Below are positions 39,425 to 52,407 of a stretch of DNA of 64,000 nt, in pieces (the stretch's first letter is position 1; every line of letters starts with the position of its first letter). The notes under the pieces are model-generated. The model did no database searches, was not told the DNA's origin, and worked only from the letters and a program-made list of their open reading frames with translations. A program made the position numbers and the translations under genes. The stretch lies in contig CM052837.1 of assembly GCA_028534125.1 (NCBI GenBank), positions 36,332,001-36,396,000 on the forward strand, in the 5' to 3' direction. This DNA comes from Lama glama (Eukaryota).

Positions 39425-39563
39425 GTTGGGTTCCCCAACGCAGGGAAGTCCTCGCTTCTCCGGGCCATTTCCAATGCGAAGCCCGCAGTGGCTTCCTACC
39501 CGTTCACGACCCTAAACCCCCACGTCGGGGTCGTTCACTACGAGGACCACCAGCAGATCACAG
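39425..39563 (+). CDS. MTG2: MTG2 coding exon 5 (G1 P-loop, G2)
   Basis: [46 protein letters not shown]; cag/gtaggg; 139 nt; absent from the ORF track. Confidence 0.96.
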
Positions 39564-40275
39564 GTAGGGCCACCGGGCTCTCTCGGAGGCGGGGCTGGGG
39601 CGCCATTCAGAGCGATGCTTGTGTAACTGCGCGTAGCGTTTTCTTCATTTGAAACTTGTGGTTCTCCATCAAAATCAGGTTTCAGGTTTGCTTCCCACCC
39701 CTCCCCCAGGCATCTGTTAGTTCAGGAATTTGAGTTTAAATTTCAAACCTGAGGAAATCATCCCTTTCCACCGCCTCTGTTACCCTCTCTCATCTGCGAG
39801 GAGCTCAGCAGCGTCAGTCAGGTGGACAACGTGTGATGGAAAAAGCTCTCCCCGTGCCATTCGGAGAGAAGAAAGCTTTTTCCAGAAGACAATGTACCCA
39901 TTAAAAATAGCAGCCCTGCTGGCAGTGTGCTTTGTGTAGCACTTTATATTTGCAAAGGACTCTGTGATAATTTCTATCAGTAATCAAATTATTAATAGGT
40001 TGCAGGAAGCTGTTTTCTCCCATTTTTGAGTCATTTTGAAGCCAGAAAGACTGGAATGTGTTAAATAGTTCTTATTAGATTGATCTGTCATCAGGCCTGC
40101 CACCCAAATATTTCAAAGCAAGACGGGAAGCCAAACCGCCTCGGATGGCAGTTGGCCAGATGAGCCAACGAGGCGGTGAGTTGGAAGACCAGCCGCAAGG
40201 CGTTCCTTGGGGGGCAGTCCTAGACCCCCGAGGCCCCGGGTGTCCCTCCTGAGCCCTCCCTCTGTCTCCTTGCAG

Positions 40276-40670
40276 TGGCCGACATCCCCGGCCTCATCCG
40301 CGGTGCACACCAGAACAGGGGCCTGGGCTTCGCCTTCCTCCGGCATATCGAGCGCTGCCCCTTCCTCCTGTTCGTGGTGGATCTCTCGGTCCTGGAGCCC
40401 TGGACGCAGGTGGACGACCTCAAGCAGGAGTTGGAGAAGTACGCAGAAGGCCTGTCCCGCAGGCCTCACGCCATTGTGGCAAATAAGATCGACCTCCCTC
40501 AGGCCAGGGCCAGGCTGCCCCAGCTGCGGGCCCGCCTGGGCCAGGGGGCCATCGCTCTGTCAGCAGCCACTGGCGAGAACCTGGAGGAGCTGCTGCTGCG
40601 TCTGAAGGAGCTGCACAACGGCCATGTGGCCAAGGGGCTGGAGCTTGGCCACCAGCCGCTCCGCTCGTAG
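40276..40670 (+). CDS. MTG2: MTG2 last exon (G3 DIPG, G4 NKID, G5)
   Basis: VADIPGLIRGAHQNRGLG...ANKIDL...QPLRS*; summed CDS 1182 nt = 393 aa. Confidence 0.96.
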
Positions 40671-41560
40671 CGCTAGGGGGTTGCTGGGGCCTCTGCCCAC
40701 AAAGGCCACTGACTGGGAATGCACAGCACTGGGTGGAGATGAGAAGGTGCTTCAAAGACTCGGAGGTGTTGGTGCATCTGCCTTCCCGCCAGCCTGGGGC
40801 TCCCCCCACCACCGCGCCCCTGCCCTGGGCCCCCGCTAATTGGCAGGGACCACACAGCTGGCTGGTGTTGCCGAAGCTGCCGAGTGCACAGAAGACAGCC
40901 CAGCGGACAGAGCCACGTTCCCAACGTTGGCCCGGGTGGTGGCAGCTATCACAGAGGTTGACACACCCCGTGGAGCTCATTTTGCCCTGATGCTTGTCTG
41001 CTGCATGAGGCTGGAGGACAGGGAGTGTTTACCGGTGCTGAGCACTGCAGGTGCAGGAGCGCCGTCTGAAGGCAGCGACAGGGCCACCCCCACCCCCACG
41101 TTGTCCCCATGGCACTGCGCTCCGCGCAAGCCGGGCTTCACAACTGAATGCTCCCAATATCCGACCCAGGGACACTGACCTGCTCAGTAGGAGCGAGCGG
41201 GTTATTAGCTGCGGGCAGGGAATCGGAGCCCTGTCTCCCGTGGTGGCTGGAGTGGAGAGAAAGCACAGGTGCCGTCTCCCAGAGATGCTGTGGGGCTGGA
41301 TTTGTGCTCCACTGTCCTTGTGACCTGAAGAGAATGCTGGCCCTGGCCCCACTGACCGCTGCGGTGGTTCAGAGAACCCCTGGGTCGTCCAGGTCAGAGT
41401 TAACCCTCATGGCCAGAGTGACGGCAACTGCGAGGCTGCCGCGTGGCTCCAGGCCTTGACGGGGCCGCAGCTGTGTCCTCGTGTCCCCGTGTCCCCTGCC
41501 TGCACAGCAGCTGCCGGCCTGCAGGTCCAGTAAAATAGTCCAGGACTTCTGTTTCCCCCA

Positions 41561-41566
41561 AATAAA
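41561..41566 (+). terminator. Probable MTG2 polyadenylation signal
   Basis: First AATAAA I found after the stop, followed by a GT-rich tract (tgatgtgtcc). Confidence 0.6.
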
Positions 41567-43574
41567 GTCTGCTGCCTCTGATGTGTCCTTGAGGGCCTGA
41601 GGGAGAGGTGGAGGGGACAGAGGGCTGTCAGCACAAGGGGCCCCGGGCCTCTGGGGATTAGCCTCAGGGCCCCGCGGCAGCAGGGCTGCTGGGCATGCTC
41701 AGGCCACGTCTTTTCTGCACGTAGGGGCTGGGCATGCCTCCAGTAACACCCCAGTGCCCGAGCTTTCAGGAACAATTCAGTTTTGATCTGACATCAAATC
41801 TGCAGCCAGAGCAGGAGTTCTTCACCCAGAGCCTTGTTTTCATGTCTTGTAGTGCCAGAAGCCCTTGTGTTCTGGAAACCAGAGACGGGCTTTGCATCTG
41901 TTTGCTCTCTGTCTCAGGCCATCACAAAGGATTTCATGGAGTAAAGCCAGGTCTGAGTAGCATTAATTATCCATGGCCTTTCATCTTGGTTGCTGGGCCC
42001 CCACCACACTCATCTTCAGAGGGGGAGGCACTCAGGATGCCTCCCTGTGGCTGACCCGTCACGGGGCACTCGTGGGACGGCAGAAGAGTCCCAGAGGGCA
42101 GGGTCTCTGTCCTATTCTTGGCTGTGCCCGCAGCAGCCTCAGGACCTCATGCAGAGAAGGTGCTGATAAACCCTTGTGGGATGAATGGTGAGTGGTGGCT
42201 GACTTCAGGTGCATTTAGGTGCCTTTCAGTTTGGAGCCATGTCTGAAAGACGGGGTGGGAGCTGGAACGCAGACCGAGGGAAGCCCTGTCCTGCCTCCCT
42301 TGGGCCCCTGCGCACCAGGCCCGCCTCTAACAGCCATTTACGCGAGAGGCAGGCTGCTCTGAAGTCTGATCAGCTCTTGCTTCGTGGATGTGGACCCGCC
42401 TGGGGCACCGCCTGTCGACCCCTCGCCCCGGGACAGGGACTTTGCCACGTCACCCTCCCTGTGTTCTCCCCGGGTGCGCACTGGACGGCGCGGCGTGGGC
42501 TGTGGGCTGGGGCTGGGCCGCCTTGTCCGGCCTCGTTCTCCTGGAGCCAGCGTGGCCCCAGGCCTCCGTGGCTCACTTCCTCTCACCCAGCAGTGCTTCT
42601 GTCCCAGCTGCACTCCCCACTGTGGTCCCACGTCCCTGCTGCCCCAGCGCCAGCTGTCCCCTGGATTCCTCTCCGGTGTCCTCCGGCCTCCCGCGGCGGG
42701 CACGGGCTGCCCCGCTTCCTTCATTTCCTCACCCTCTCGCTTTTCTCCTGTTGATGGAGTCGGCGTCTGCCTTAGGCCATCCTTGGCTACTTGCGGCCTC
42801 TCTGGAAGCAGTTCTGAGAGTCGGGGTCCTAAGTGCAGAATTTCCTAAGTTCCCCAGTTTTTGGCTCCCCTGAGGCCTGGATCCCCAGTTCCAGGGCTCC
42901 TGTGTCCACTTGCTCCAGGTACCAACCTCCAGGCTTCTGAGGGGCCTTCGGGTGCTGCCCCTGCCCTACCCCTACCCCGCTCTGGAAAGCTCTCTTCCCG
43001 CCCTCTGCCTCTGCAGAGGGGCACCCCTTCCTCATCGTGGTCCTGGCCAGTAGGATGCAGGGAAGGGGCTGCGCGGCCCGCAGAAGCCCCCAGCCTCGCA
43101 GCTTTCCTCTGCCCTCTTGATCCCTACTGGCCTGCAGCCTGTGTCCAAGCCTGGGCTGGCCCACTGGTGGGTGACAGGCCCCATGAAGGGAAGACAAACG
43201 TCTATACTGCCCACCACAGGATCTGAGCCGCGCAGTGGTGTGGGGCATCTTGGGCTGATTCGCATGGTTACATAGCTTAGGTGCAAAATGAGCCCTAGGG
43301 TGGGGCTGCTTCATCCCTCTCAGGGTGGCCTGGTCAGGACCCCCCAGGGCCTCCAGCTCAGCACATCTGGGATTGATGGCCTCACTCCTGGGCGAGCAGC
43401 TCCTGCAGAGTTGGGCCCAGGAGCCACCCCGAGGCCCTGCAGCCCTGGCACGGAGCTGCTGCTCCCCGGGACACATGTCGTCATCCCAGGCCTGGCCCCT
43501 TCCTAGGATGGGGCCATGGTGCTGGGGGCGGGATGCGGTAGTGCATCTGCTCTGAATTAAGTTTAATCAAACCT

Positions 43575-44085
43575 GTCCATCTGCTCCAGTTGCCGTAACA
43601 AAGTCCCACAAACTGGGGGGCTTAAAACAGCAGAATTTTGTTGTGTCCCAGCGCTGGGGGCCAGAAGTCCAAAGTCAAGTTGTTGGGGCGGGGAGGGTGT
43701 AGCTCTGTGGTAGAGCGCATGCTTAGCATAGACAAGGTTCTGAGCTCAATCCCCAGCACCTCCGTTAAGGGGAAAAAAACCCAGGTGTCCCAGGACTCTG
43801 CTTCCTCTGGGGTGGGGGGTCAGAGGAGGGTCCTTCCTGCCTCTGCGGCTCCTGGTGGCCTGGGGGGCCCTGGGCTTGTGGCTGCATCACTCCCGTGTCT
43901 GCCTCTGTCTTCACGTGGCTTCTCCCTGTGTCTCTGTCCTTGCTTCTCGTAAGGACACCAGTCATTGGGTTTGGGGCCCGGGGGCCTCCCTTTGAGATTC
44001 TTAACGGATTCCGTCTGTAAAGACCCTGTTTCCTAGTAAGTTCACCTGCCAAGCTTCCAGTAGATGTGAGTTTGGGGGGTGCTCC
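43575..44085. mobile_element. MLT1 LTR with nested SINE
   Basis: gccgtaacaaagtcccacaaactggggggcttaaaacagcagaa...ccagaagtccaa...taaggacaccagtcattgg. Confidence 0.78.
43684..43780 (+). mobile_element. tRNA-derived SINE (Vic-1-like)
   Basis: gggagggtgtagctctgtggtagagcgcatgcttagcatagacaaggttctgagctcaatccccagcacctcc. Confidence 0.82.
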
Positions 44086-44819
44086 TTGACCCCGTCTGTA
44101 CCCTATGCAACGCTGGCTTTGCGTAAGCTCTATAACATGCCCGGGCCCCTTCGACTCCCTGCACGTCGGCCTGCGTGCACAACCCCTGTATGTCACAGAT
44201 GCCTCCTGCAGCCCGTCCGGGCACCCTCTCCTTCCGGGCTAAGCGCCGGCCCTCGCCCAGCCTGCCCTCGCTCCTGCTGCCCGCCCCCCATCGGCCCCCT
44301 CTCTGCTCCAGCTGTTTCCTGGCCACACTGAGGACACTGCAGGACACCAGCCTTCTGTGCTGCCGACCCCTGTGATGCAGATGCCCTTCCTCAGACGCCG
44401 CATCAAATGCCTCCCAGCTGGGGGGCCTCCCTGACCACCTGATCAAGGACGGCCATGCCAGCCCCTCTCGGTGCATGTGGCTCTTCCAGCGCGGATGGCT
44501 CGCTGGTCTGGGCTGTGTCCCAGGGCTGGAAGGGGCGGATCTGGTACCCAGAGGCCTGAGGACATACCTGCTGGGCGGAAAGTGGTTCAGGTAATCACAC
44601 ATGTCTGTCGGGCACATGCCAGTGTTTACAGACGGGGCACACAAAGATCGCGGAGTGGACAGCTGCCCACAGGCAGGGGTCGGTTCAGACAGCGTCAAGG
44701 GTGCTCAGGCTTGCGGATGGGGAGGGGCCGTGGCTCTGAAAGGGCAGCAGGAGGGCCTGTTAGTGTCGTGAGCACGAAGGTCCCACAGGTCTGCACATGT
44801 GATGAAGTCAGTCGCACGG

Positions 44820-44975
44820 GACTGAGTGTTTAACAGGTAGACTGTCTGGGAAGATGAGGAAGTTCTGGAGATGGGGAGATGGTTGCACCAGAAAGGGAGC
44901 ATGCCTAAGGCCACTGAATTGTGCACTTAAAAATGGTTAAAAGGGTAAACTTTATGTCTGTTTGGCCACAGTGAA
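44820..44975 (+). mobile_element. L1M 3' end fragment
   Basis: gggaagatgaggaagttctggagatgg...ccactgaattgtgcacttaaaatggttaa...tttatgt. Confidence 0.7.
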
Positions 44976-47900
44976 ACCAGTGCACGGAACCGGGCACGCA
45001 CACATGTACATGCACATGGTTACACACGTGCAGGCGAGCGTGCGCCGGGCACTGTCCACTGTTGCTATTACTTGTAGTCTCATGGCCAGGACTGGATGTA
45101 ATGGTCAGCCCCACCCAAGGCCAGAGTGTCACCTCTTCTGAAAGGGCAAAAGGCTGAAAAGGATAGAGGGGGCCCTTGGGACAACCCTGACCCCATGGTC
45201 TACAGGCCCCCAAATTCGTGGGGCGGAGCCAGGGCTGCCTGAGGGGCTGTGGTGGCAGAGGGGCACATGGCTAGTCTCCTATCTCGCAGTCCTTAGATTT
45301 CTTATAGAAAACATTCTTTCCTTGCAGAAAAATCAATGGACACCAGTGGGTTGTTATTTCCCCAGAGCCAGGAAATCACTCTATAATCTCTGCTGTGGCC
45401 CCTGGGGTGGGAGAGGCAGGGTTTCTGCTGTGGCTTTGGTCAGGGCAGGTCACCCAGCCCAGCCACTGTACCTGCCACACGTGGCACTGGGGGGAGCGAC
45501 GCCCACTGGGAGGGGGGGTGGTCTGTCACCCCACCCCCACTGCCAGACTTCCCTCCTTTGCACAGTGGGGACAGTAAAGCGCAGCAGAGTAGGGCCGCCG
45601 ATGGCCTGGCCTGGGGGCCTTAAACGTGCTCACTTCAGCCCCGCCCAGGGTCGAGAGAGCCATTCCCCTAGGCAGCATCATGCCTCCTGGCTGGGTCCAG
45701 GCCACAGCAGCCACCGTCCCCCCACCGCCAGCCCTGGTCCCTTCCCTTCCCTTCCAAGGAGCTGGGTGGATCCCTAGTGCCCAGTTCTGTCCCCCAAAGT
45801 GTCCCTGTCCCTGAGGACAGAGAGGGTCGCAGTGTCTGCTAGACTTCTATCTCAGATTCGCAGCAAAGAATGTAGTGCGGGGCCTACTTACCCGGAATGT
45901 TATTTGTTGTGACAGACCCTGGTGGCCCTGAGCTCCGTACGGCATCTGACAGCAGGTGGCGGGGTAAAGCGGGGTTGGGGGGTGCTGTGGAAACACAGCC
46001 CTTGATCATCCTCACGGATGCCTGGCCTGGAGGTGGGTGCAGGGCCAACACGGGCGCAGGGGAGGCTGTACCCCTACAAGGCGTGTCAGTCACAAGGAGT
46101 CGTGCCTTCTTCCAGTCCCTGGAGGGGAGCCAGCGGGGTCAGAGGCTCGCCTCGCCAGCCTGCACCAGGACGGCCCAGGGCAGTCCCAGCTGGTCACTTC
46201 CAGCCAGCTGTCCCCTGGAGTTCCTGGGGTGGCCCCAGCAGCAGCTGCCCTCACCCTGGGATGGTGGACGCCTGTCCACATGTCCACCTTCCCGTGACTG
46301 AAGGGGCTCCCAGGGACCAGCAAGGAATGTCTGGGGCCCACAGCTGATTAAAGGGGGCATCTTCAACCCCCAGTGCTGGTCCCAGGAGACATCTGTGTGG
46401 CCCCAAGAAATCCCTTTGCCCCATGGCCCCCATAGAGCTGCTGGCCCACCACGGGGCTCCATCCAGCACTTCAGAACAAGGGATTCTGACTTCCCAGCTG
46501 GATGGATCTGGAATCCTTGGTGAAGTCAGGGTCTGGCTTGGGCCCAGCAGGTAGCCGGAGCTGAGGAAGGTGTGCGGACACCGTCCATCCCCAGCCCTTC
46601 ACCCCTCAGTGTCTCTTCCTGTCTGAAATGCCTGTATCAGAATTAGGCTCACCAGGATTTAAAGACTGTCCTCTGCTGAAGTGTGGATCTCCACCTCTGC
46701 CTGGACAAGGCAGTCCATCACACTTCACTGTGCGTTCACAGACTGGAGGGCCTGAGGATGGGCAGCTGGTTCCCAGGACGGAGCAGACACTGGCTGCCGA
46801 AGGAAGCCCCGGGCCCTGGGGCACCAGGGAGGGGCCAGCGAGGGAAGGGTCTGCCCACTTGTCCACCCTCCTGGCTTCTCAGGAATCTGTGTTTCTGCCA
46901 AGCTGCGACCCAGGAAGAGGGCAGAGGGCAGGTGCTCCCCGTCCACTGAGCTGCCCGCCTCCCCCACTTCTGCTCAGAACCAGGGTTTTCTGGACTCTTA
47001 AAAGATCGTCCAGCATTTGAAGTGAGAGCATTTAAAGGTCATCACATTTGTCATGTTTGAATTTGGAAACTGGTGACTTCGGAGTGTCACAGATGCATTT
47101 TTAGCCCAGTTCAGTTCCCACGGCGTTACCATCCACCCCCATCCCCTCTTACATCCCAAAACCTCTCCTTTCTCTCTCCTCTCCCTTCTTTCATCTTTCT
47201 CTTTTGAAGGATATTTTTGTGCCCCTCTGAGATTTGTGTCCAACAGACTTCAGAGTGAGCACCTCCTGCCTCCTCTAGACACAGTGCCTGCCACCCTGGG
47301 GGCAGGGTGCTGAATGCTGCGTTGGACGCCCTGTTTAACAGATAAGGCCAAGACAGAGTGCCTGTTCCAGGTCCCCCGAGCGGTAGCCTGTGGGCAGGAA
47401 GGATGTCACAGGTGAATGGCTGGCCTCCTGACCTTCAAACCCTTACAGCCGGTATGTTGAAAGATTGCTTTCCTACCAACAATCATTGCAAACAACTAAT
47501 TACTATTTAGCCAATAATTAACTCCCTTCCCCATTTTTTATTAAAGTTGCAGACCTCCTGTGGGCAGAAGTGTTCCATCCCCCCACCCCACCCCAAGACA
47601 GAAGGGTACCAGCCTGGGCCATCACATCACAAAACCTCATCTTGTGCTGGCTTTAGGGAGGAAGGAGTGTTTGATGACTCATGAAACCTAAAGGTCCAGG
47701 GGCTGATTTCAGGTCAGGCTGGATCCGGGTGCTCTGACAACGAATGGCATGTGGAAGCCATCTCTGTCCAGTTCTTGGTGTGGCTTTCCTCTGCCGTGGC
47801 TGCACCAGGTATATTCCCTCATGGGGTGGCCTCGATGAGGACAATGTTGGAGGCCACCAGGTCAGCGACTCCAGCTGGAGGGCAACTGCAGCCTCCCAGG

Positions 47901-48254
47901 GCTCCAAAGTCCCAGGACTGCCACGCTTTGGCTGCACTGGAGACAGGCACCACCCCAACCTCTCTCGGTGATCCTGACCAGCCACACCTGGGACCGTCTC
48001 CCGTCCTGGAGCCCAGGGGTGGGGTTGGCCCCCTGGACCCATTGGAGAAAAGGTGGAATGGTTTCCAAAGAAAGAGCAGGTGCTCTGTCTCCAGAAGAAG
48101 GGGTGCAGCAAGGGGCCGTGGATGTGCTCAGGGGCCTGTGTGTGCTTCCCAGTCGCGCTGCAGGTGCCCGGGGCATCAGGCTCCAGGAGAGGAAAGAGAA
48201 GGTGACCTTGAGGGCAGAGGGCATAGAGAAAGTGGTCATGGAGGGAAATTCTTT

Positions 48255-48400
48255 AGCTGTGTGACCTTGAGCAGGTCATTTAACCTTTTGTCCTTCTGTT
48301 TTCTCATCTGTAAAATGGGAATAATCCTAACTACTCTGTCTGGGGGCTAGAACAGGCTCAGAGTGGTGCCTGGAACGTTGTAGGTGTTGTTAGTTACCGT
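48255..48400 (+). mobile_element. MIR SINE
   Basis: gctgtgtgaccttgagcaggtcatttaacc...tttctcatctgtaaaatgggaataat. Confidence 0.75.
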
Positions 48401-51400
48401 TATAATCTAAGCGCCTTCCCTGTGCCAGGGGCCATGGCCATCCTTCCCAGGCAGGCACCAGGGACCCCAGCCTCAGGCCCTGCCCCTCCCCAGATCCAAA
48501 CCTGCTAATCTCCGTCCACCCCGGCCTCCCCGCTGCTCCAGGGCCCCCAGCCCTGGCCTCCTTCCACCTCTCACCTGACCCCTGTGCATCCTCAAGAGGA
48601 AACCCAGGCCCCTCTGGGACTTGACCCTGACCCCTCTTCCAGGCTCCTAGCTCCTGGAGGGCCCCACCCACTGCCGGTTCCCCGTGTACCACAAGGCCTG
48701 GGGAGGGGCCCTGGGCCCAAGAGGGCCAGGCCCACATCCTGAGGCACCAGGAGCAAGATGTCCCTTTGTCCTCCCCAAACCAGTGAGGGAGGCTGTTTGA
48801 TCTGCAGGGGCTGAGGGACCTGCCCAGGTCGGACGGCCAGGACGTGACATGGTTCAGACGACCACCTTCCCTTCCATCTAGGTGACTCCAGGCCCTGAGT
48901 TCATTCCCACCCAGTGAGAAAGGAAGGAGAGAATGGGGCAGAGACAGTCCTTGGAGGCACCAGCAAGGGGGACCCTCACCCAGCCCCTCCAGCCCACCAC
49001 CTGGCTGCGGGGAGCAGGGAAGCCCAGGGACGTTCTCGGTGTGGGCGCAGGTGCAGGTGTCCTGAACAATGGGATTGCTTCAGGAATGACAGGCAGGCAG
49101 AGCGCCCGCACCTCCCGCTCCAGCCACACCACTGAGCCATGACAGCCCCTCCTGGAGGAAGAAACTGAGCCCGGGAGCCCCTGCCTGGCCCCTCACCCTA
49201 CTGGGCTCCAGGTCCCCTCAGGGTTCCTGGGTTTCAGTCCTAGCCTCCTCCAGGGGCAGTCCCCTCCCCCAGGCCTCAGTTTCCCCCCGAAGCACATTTC
49301 CTGCCCAACCTGAACAGCTGAGCACTGGGACTTCAGGCTTCCTGGATCCTCTGCACAGCAGTGGAGGACATACAGCCGGCACTCAGTTCATGCTTCGTGT
49401 TAAAATCAGCAGAGTTGAGCTCTGGTTCCAAGGCTCGCAGGAGCCCTTCCCAGATGAGCCACCAGGCAGGTCTCCCCTCCGTGCTCTCCATCCTGGGGTT
49501 GGGGGGCACAGAGCTGGTCCGCCAGGAGGGTGCAGGGCCATGGGGACCAGTTTACACACCACCAGGTGTGTGTGCCAGGGAAAACCCAACCAAATGTGGG
49601 GATGGAGTCTTGGCCACCCCCCGACTGCTGAGTGTGGGATGTGGGGCAAGTCACCCAGCCCCCAGGGCCCCAGCTCTCGGGGGCCTCCAGAATGGAGAGC
49701 TGAACACCACTCGTGGGGTGGCTGCAAGGACACAGCGTGCCAGGAAATGTTGGTGAAAGTTTCTTTGCAACCCCCCGAGCCCAGCCATGAGGGTCAGGGT
49801 GAGGGGTAGGGAAGCAGTGGCCAGACACAGCACGGCTCCCCACATCCCTGCTGGGAGACCCCAGGCTCCCTGGTCATGGCCCTAACTCCGCAAAAAGATC
49901 ACTGAATACTTTGGACTTTTGTAGAAGGATGGGGAACTTATGGTTTTCATCCCAGGCTGGGAAGGACTCTCACTCAGCATGTGCCCAGAACCTCTTCTCT
50001 GGGGGGCTCCCCGAGAGCTACACCAGGGCAGGAGAGGTGACTGGACACCCCCAGCCAGGGCAGCCTGAGGGGCCCAGTTGAGAGGACCCTGTAGACTTTT
50101 GTTGCCCTCAAGCCTCTGTTCCCTGCGGGCCGGCCCTGACAAGAGCCAGGTCACCCATCCACCTGGCCATTGCTGAGTTCCTCAGGGCTGTCCCCTCCCC
50201 AGACTCATGCTCCTGCCAGTCTTTTTCCTCACGTGCTCCTCCAGGCACCCACTGTTAGGACTGCCGGCCCAGCTGGACCACACTTACAGGTAGGCCACCC
50301 AGCCTATGCCCCACCCTAGGGCCTAAGGCTCTCCCCGTAGTGCCTCACTGTCCTCAGAGGCAAGGCCACACTCCTTACCTTGGCCCCCAGTTCCCGGGGT
50401 CTCTCTGCTGCCCACACCACCCCTACCCCCTTCACCTGCCTGCCCTTCCTTCAGCCCCTCCTGCCTCTTGGGGTGCCTGCCACCGGGCTTAATGAAGGTT
50501 CGTGGAATGAATAAATGAAATGCCACCACCGCAGACAGGCTCCCGGTCCAGCTGGCTTACGAGCCAGGCCACCCCCTCCTCTTGGTCCCCTGCCCATTGA
50601 ACATCCCCACAGTCCTCAGCCCCCACAGAGATGGCTCTGCTCATGGGCCCACTGTTTGTTCACCTGGCTGCCAGCAGCCCAGCCCAGCGTAGAGCCTGGC
50701 ACACAGCTGGTGCTCAATAAAGAGCAGCGGCTGGCGTGGGTGGTGCCTGTGGAGGCGGCTGCGCAGCCGGGGGCTCAGCTTTGTCTCTCGGCCCAGCGGG
50801 TCGGGTCCAAGGAGAAAGGACCCCTTGGTGTGTTTGTTTGCTGCAGGACGCAGGCCCAATAGACTCCGTGTCTTTCTTCTCTCCTCCTCCATCCCCGCGC
50901 GGGAGCTGGGGGAGCAGCAGTTTCCAGAGATTGAAGGCAAAATTGCTTGAAAGCCTGCACTTTTATCCTCCAATTTGTGGCCATTTAGCAGGGCCGGGTG
51001 GAAGGGCAGCGAGGACTCTGGCTGTGCAGGCAGCTGAGAGGCGCCCACCGCTGCAGAGAATGGGTTCTTTGTCCTTCCTCAGGCAGCCCCGTGCTGCGGA
51101 CCGAGGCCCACCCACCCGGGTGCCAGAGGGGAGGCCAGTGGCAGCCTGCCATCCACCCCATGGGGCCTCCAGGGCTGTGAGGGCTTCCCCGAGCTCCGGG
51201 CCACAGGGAGGGTCCGCTGCCCCTGCCACCACCTTCCCAGGCTGCCCCTGCTCCAGCCTCTCTGCCCATGCAAGGGGACCTAGGCTCACCCCTCCCGCTG
51301 GCTCCAAAAGAGGGGGTCCAAGAAGGTGGTCCTGCCTGGACCAGAGGGGTCCCTTGTGGTCGAGGGGGGAGCCAAGGGAAGGGGTGCCAATTTAGGATTC

Positions 51401-52401
51401 TGGAGGAAGTCTTCCGAGCGCTTGGGAGAACAAGTTGCAGGCACAGCTGTGGGGTGAGAAGATGTCTGGAAGACGAAGGTTTGTCAGTTTTAGATGTCGC
51501 TGTGGACAGCTTCTCCATGCTGCAGTGGTGACAGTCAGAGCCGACGTGCATCTGAGTGCCAGAGATGGGGCCCTGGGCGCCTGGCTGTGAGAGAGGACCA
51601 CCAGGCCGGTGAGAGCCTCTCTCTACCGTGGTCAGAAGGACTGTGGAAGCTGGGCCAGCACGGTGGGGGAGAAGCAGAGGCTGTGTGCATGAGGTGAGGG
51701 GAGAGAGGGCTCTCGTGGCTAGAAAGGAGGGGAGGCTTCCTGGAGGAGGTAGCATCTGACCCACCCAAGTTTGTATAGCCCCTAAATGAGGCTGGGCTTG
51801 CCCCTTCTCCAGGGACTCTGGGCACCTGGGGTGAAGGTTAGTGTTGGCCCTCTCCGTGGTGCCCACTGCACCTACCCCCATCAGGTCCTTCTCCTGGTTC
51901 CGGTCCATCACCCTCAGTCCTGCCTCCCGGCCTTTGCCCACAAAGCTCCTTTACCAGAGACACCTCCACTCCTTTGGCCCACCCTCCCCTCCACCCCTCA
52001 CGATTGGCTCCAGCCCCCCAGCCCTTGGAAGCTCCCCAGGCAAAGATCATTGCCAAGAACGGTGAGACCCATGCGGGGGAGGGGGCAGGCTGCAGCAAGT
52101 GGGGGCTGTGGCTTGTATTTTCAAGACCGAATGAGCCCCCACCCAGCGCCATGCCACCCTCCAGGACGGAGGGCACAGGGGCGGTCCAGCGGGTGGGGCA
52201 CCGCTGGGGTGCGCATCCCTTGTTAGGATTAAACCCTGATGCAACCACTGGGCTGGCCTCTCCCTGACCGCAGTCCCCGACTTGGAAAAAAACACTGAGG
52301 CCAGAGGAGGCGCAGGTCTGAGTGCCCTCATGCCTCCCTGGGGAGCTCAGCCCGCCCCCCCCACAAAGTCCTCAGGGATCAGCACCAGTAAGAAAATACA
52401 C

Positions 52402-52407
52402 TTTACT
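52402..52407 (-). terminator. Candidate HRH3 polyadenylation signal (AGTAAA variant)
   Basis: Minus strand cAGTAAAgtgtattttctt, ~1 kb after the stop; no AATAAA seen before it. Confidence 0.45.

Noticed and set aside
41600-52300. Possible hidden gene between MTG2 and HRH3 (e.g. 318-aa ORF at 50985-51941)
   Set aside because: No domain-like sequence, no consistent exon chain and no CpG promoter; a lncRNA cannot be excluded without expression data
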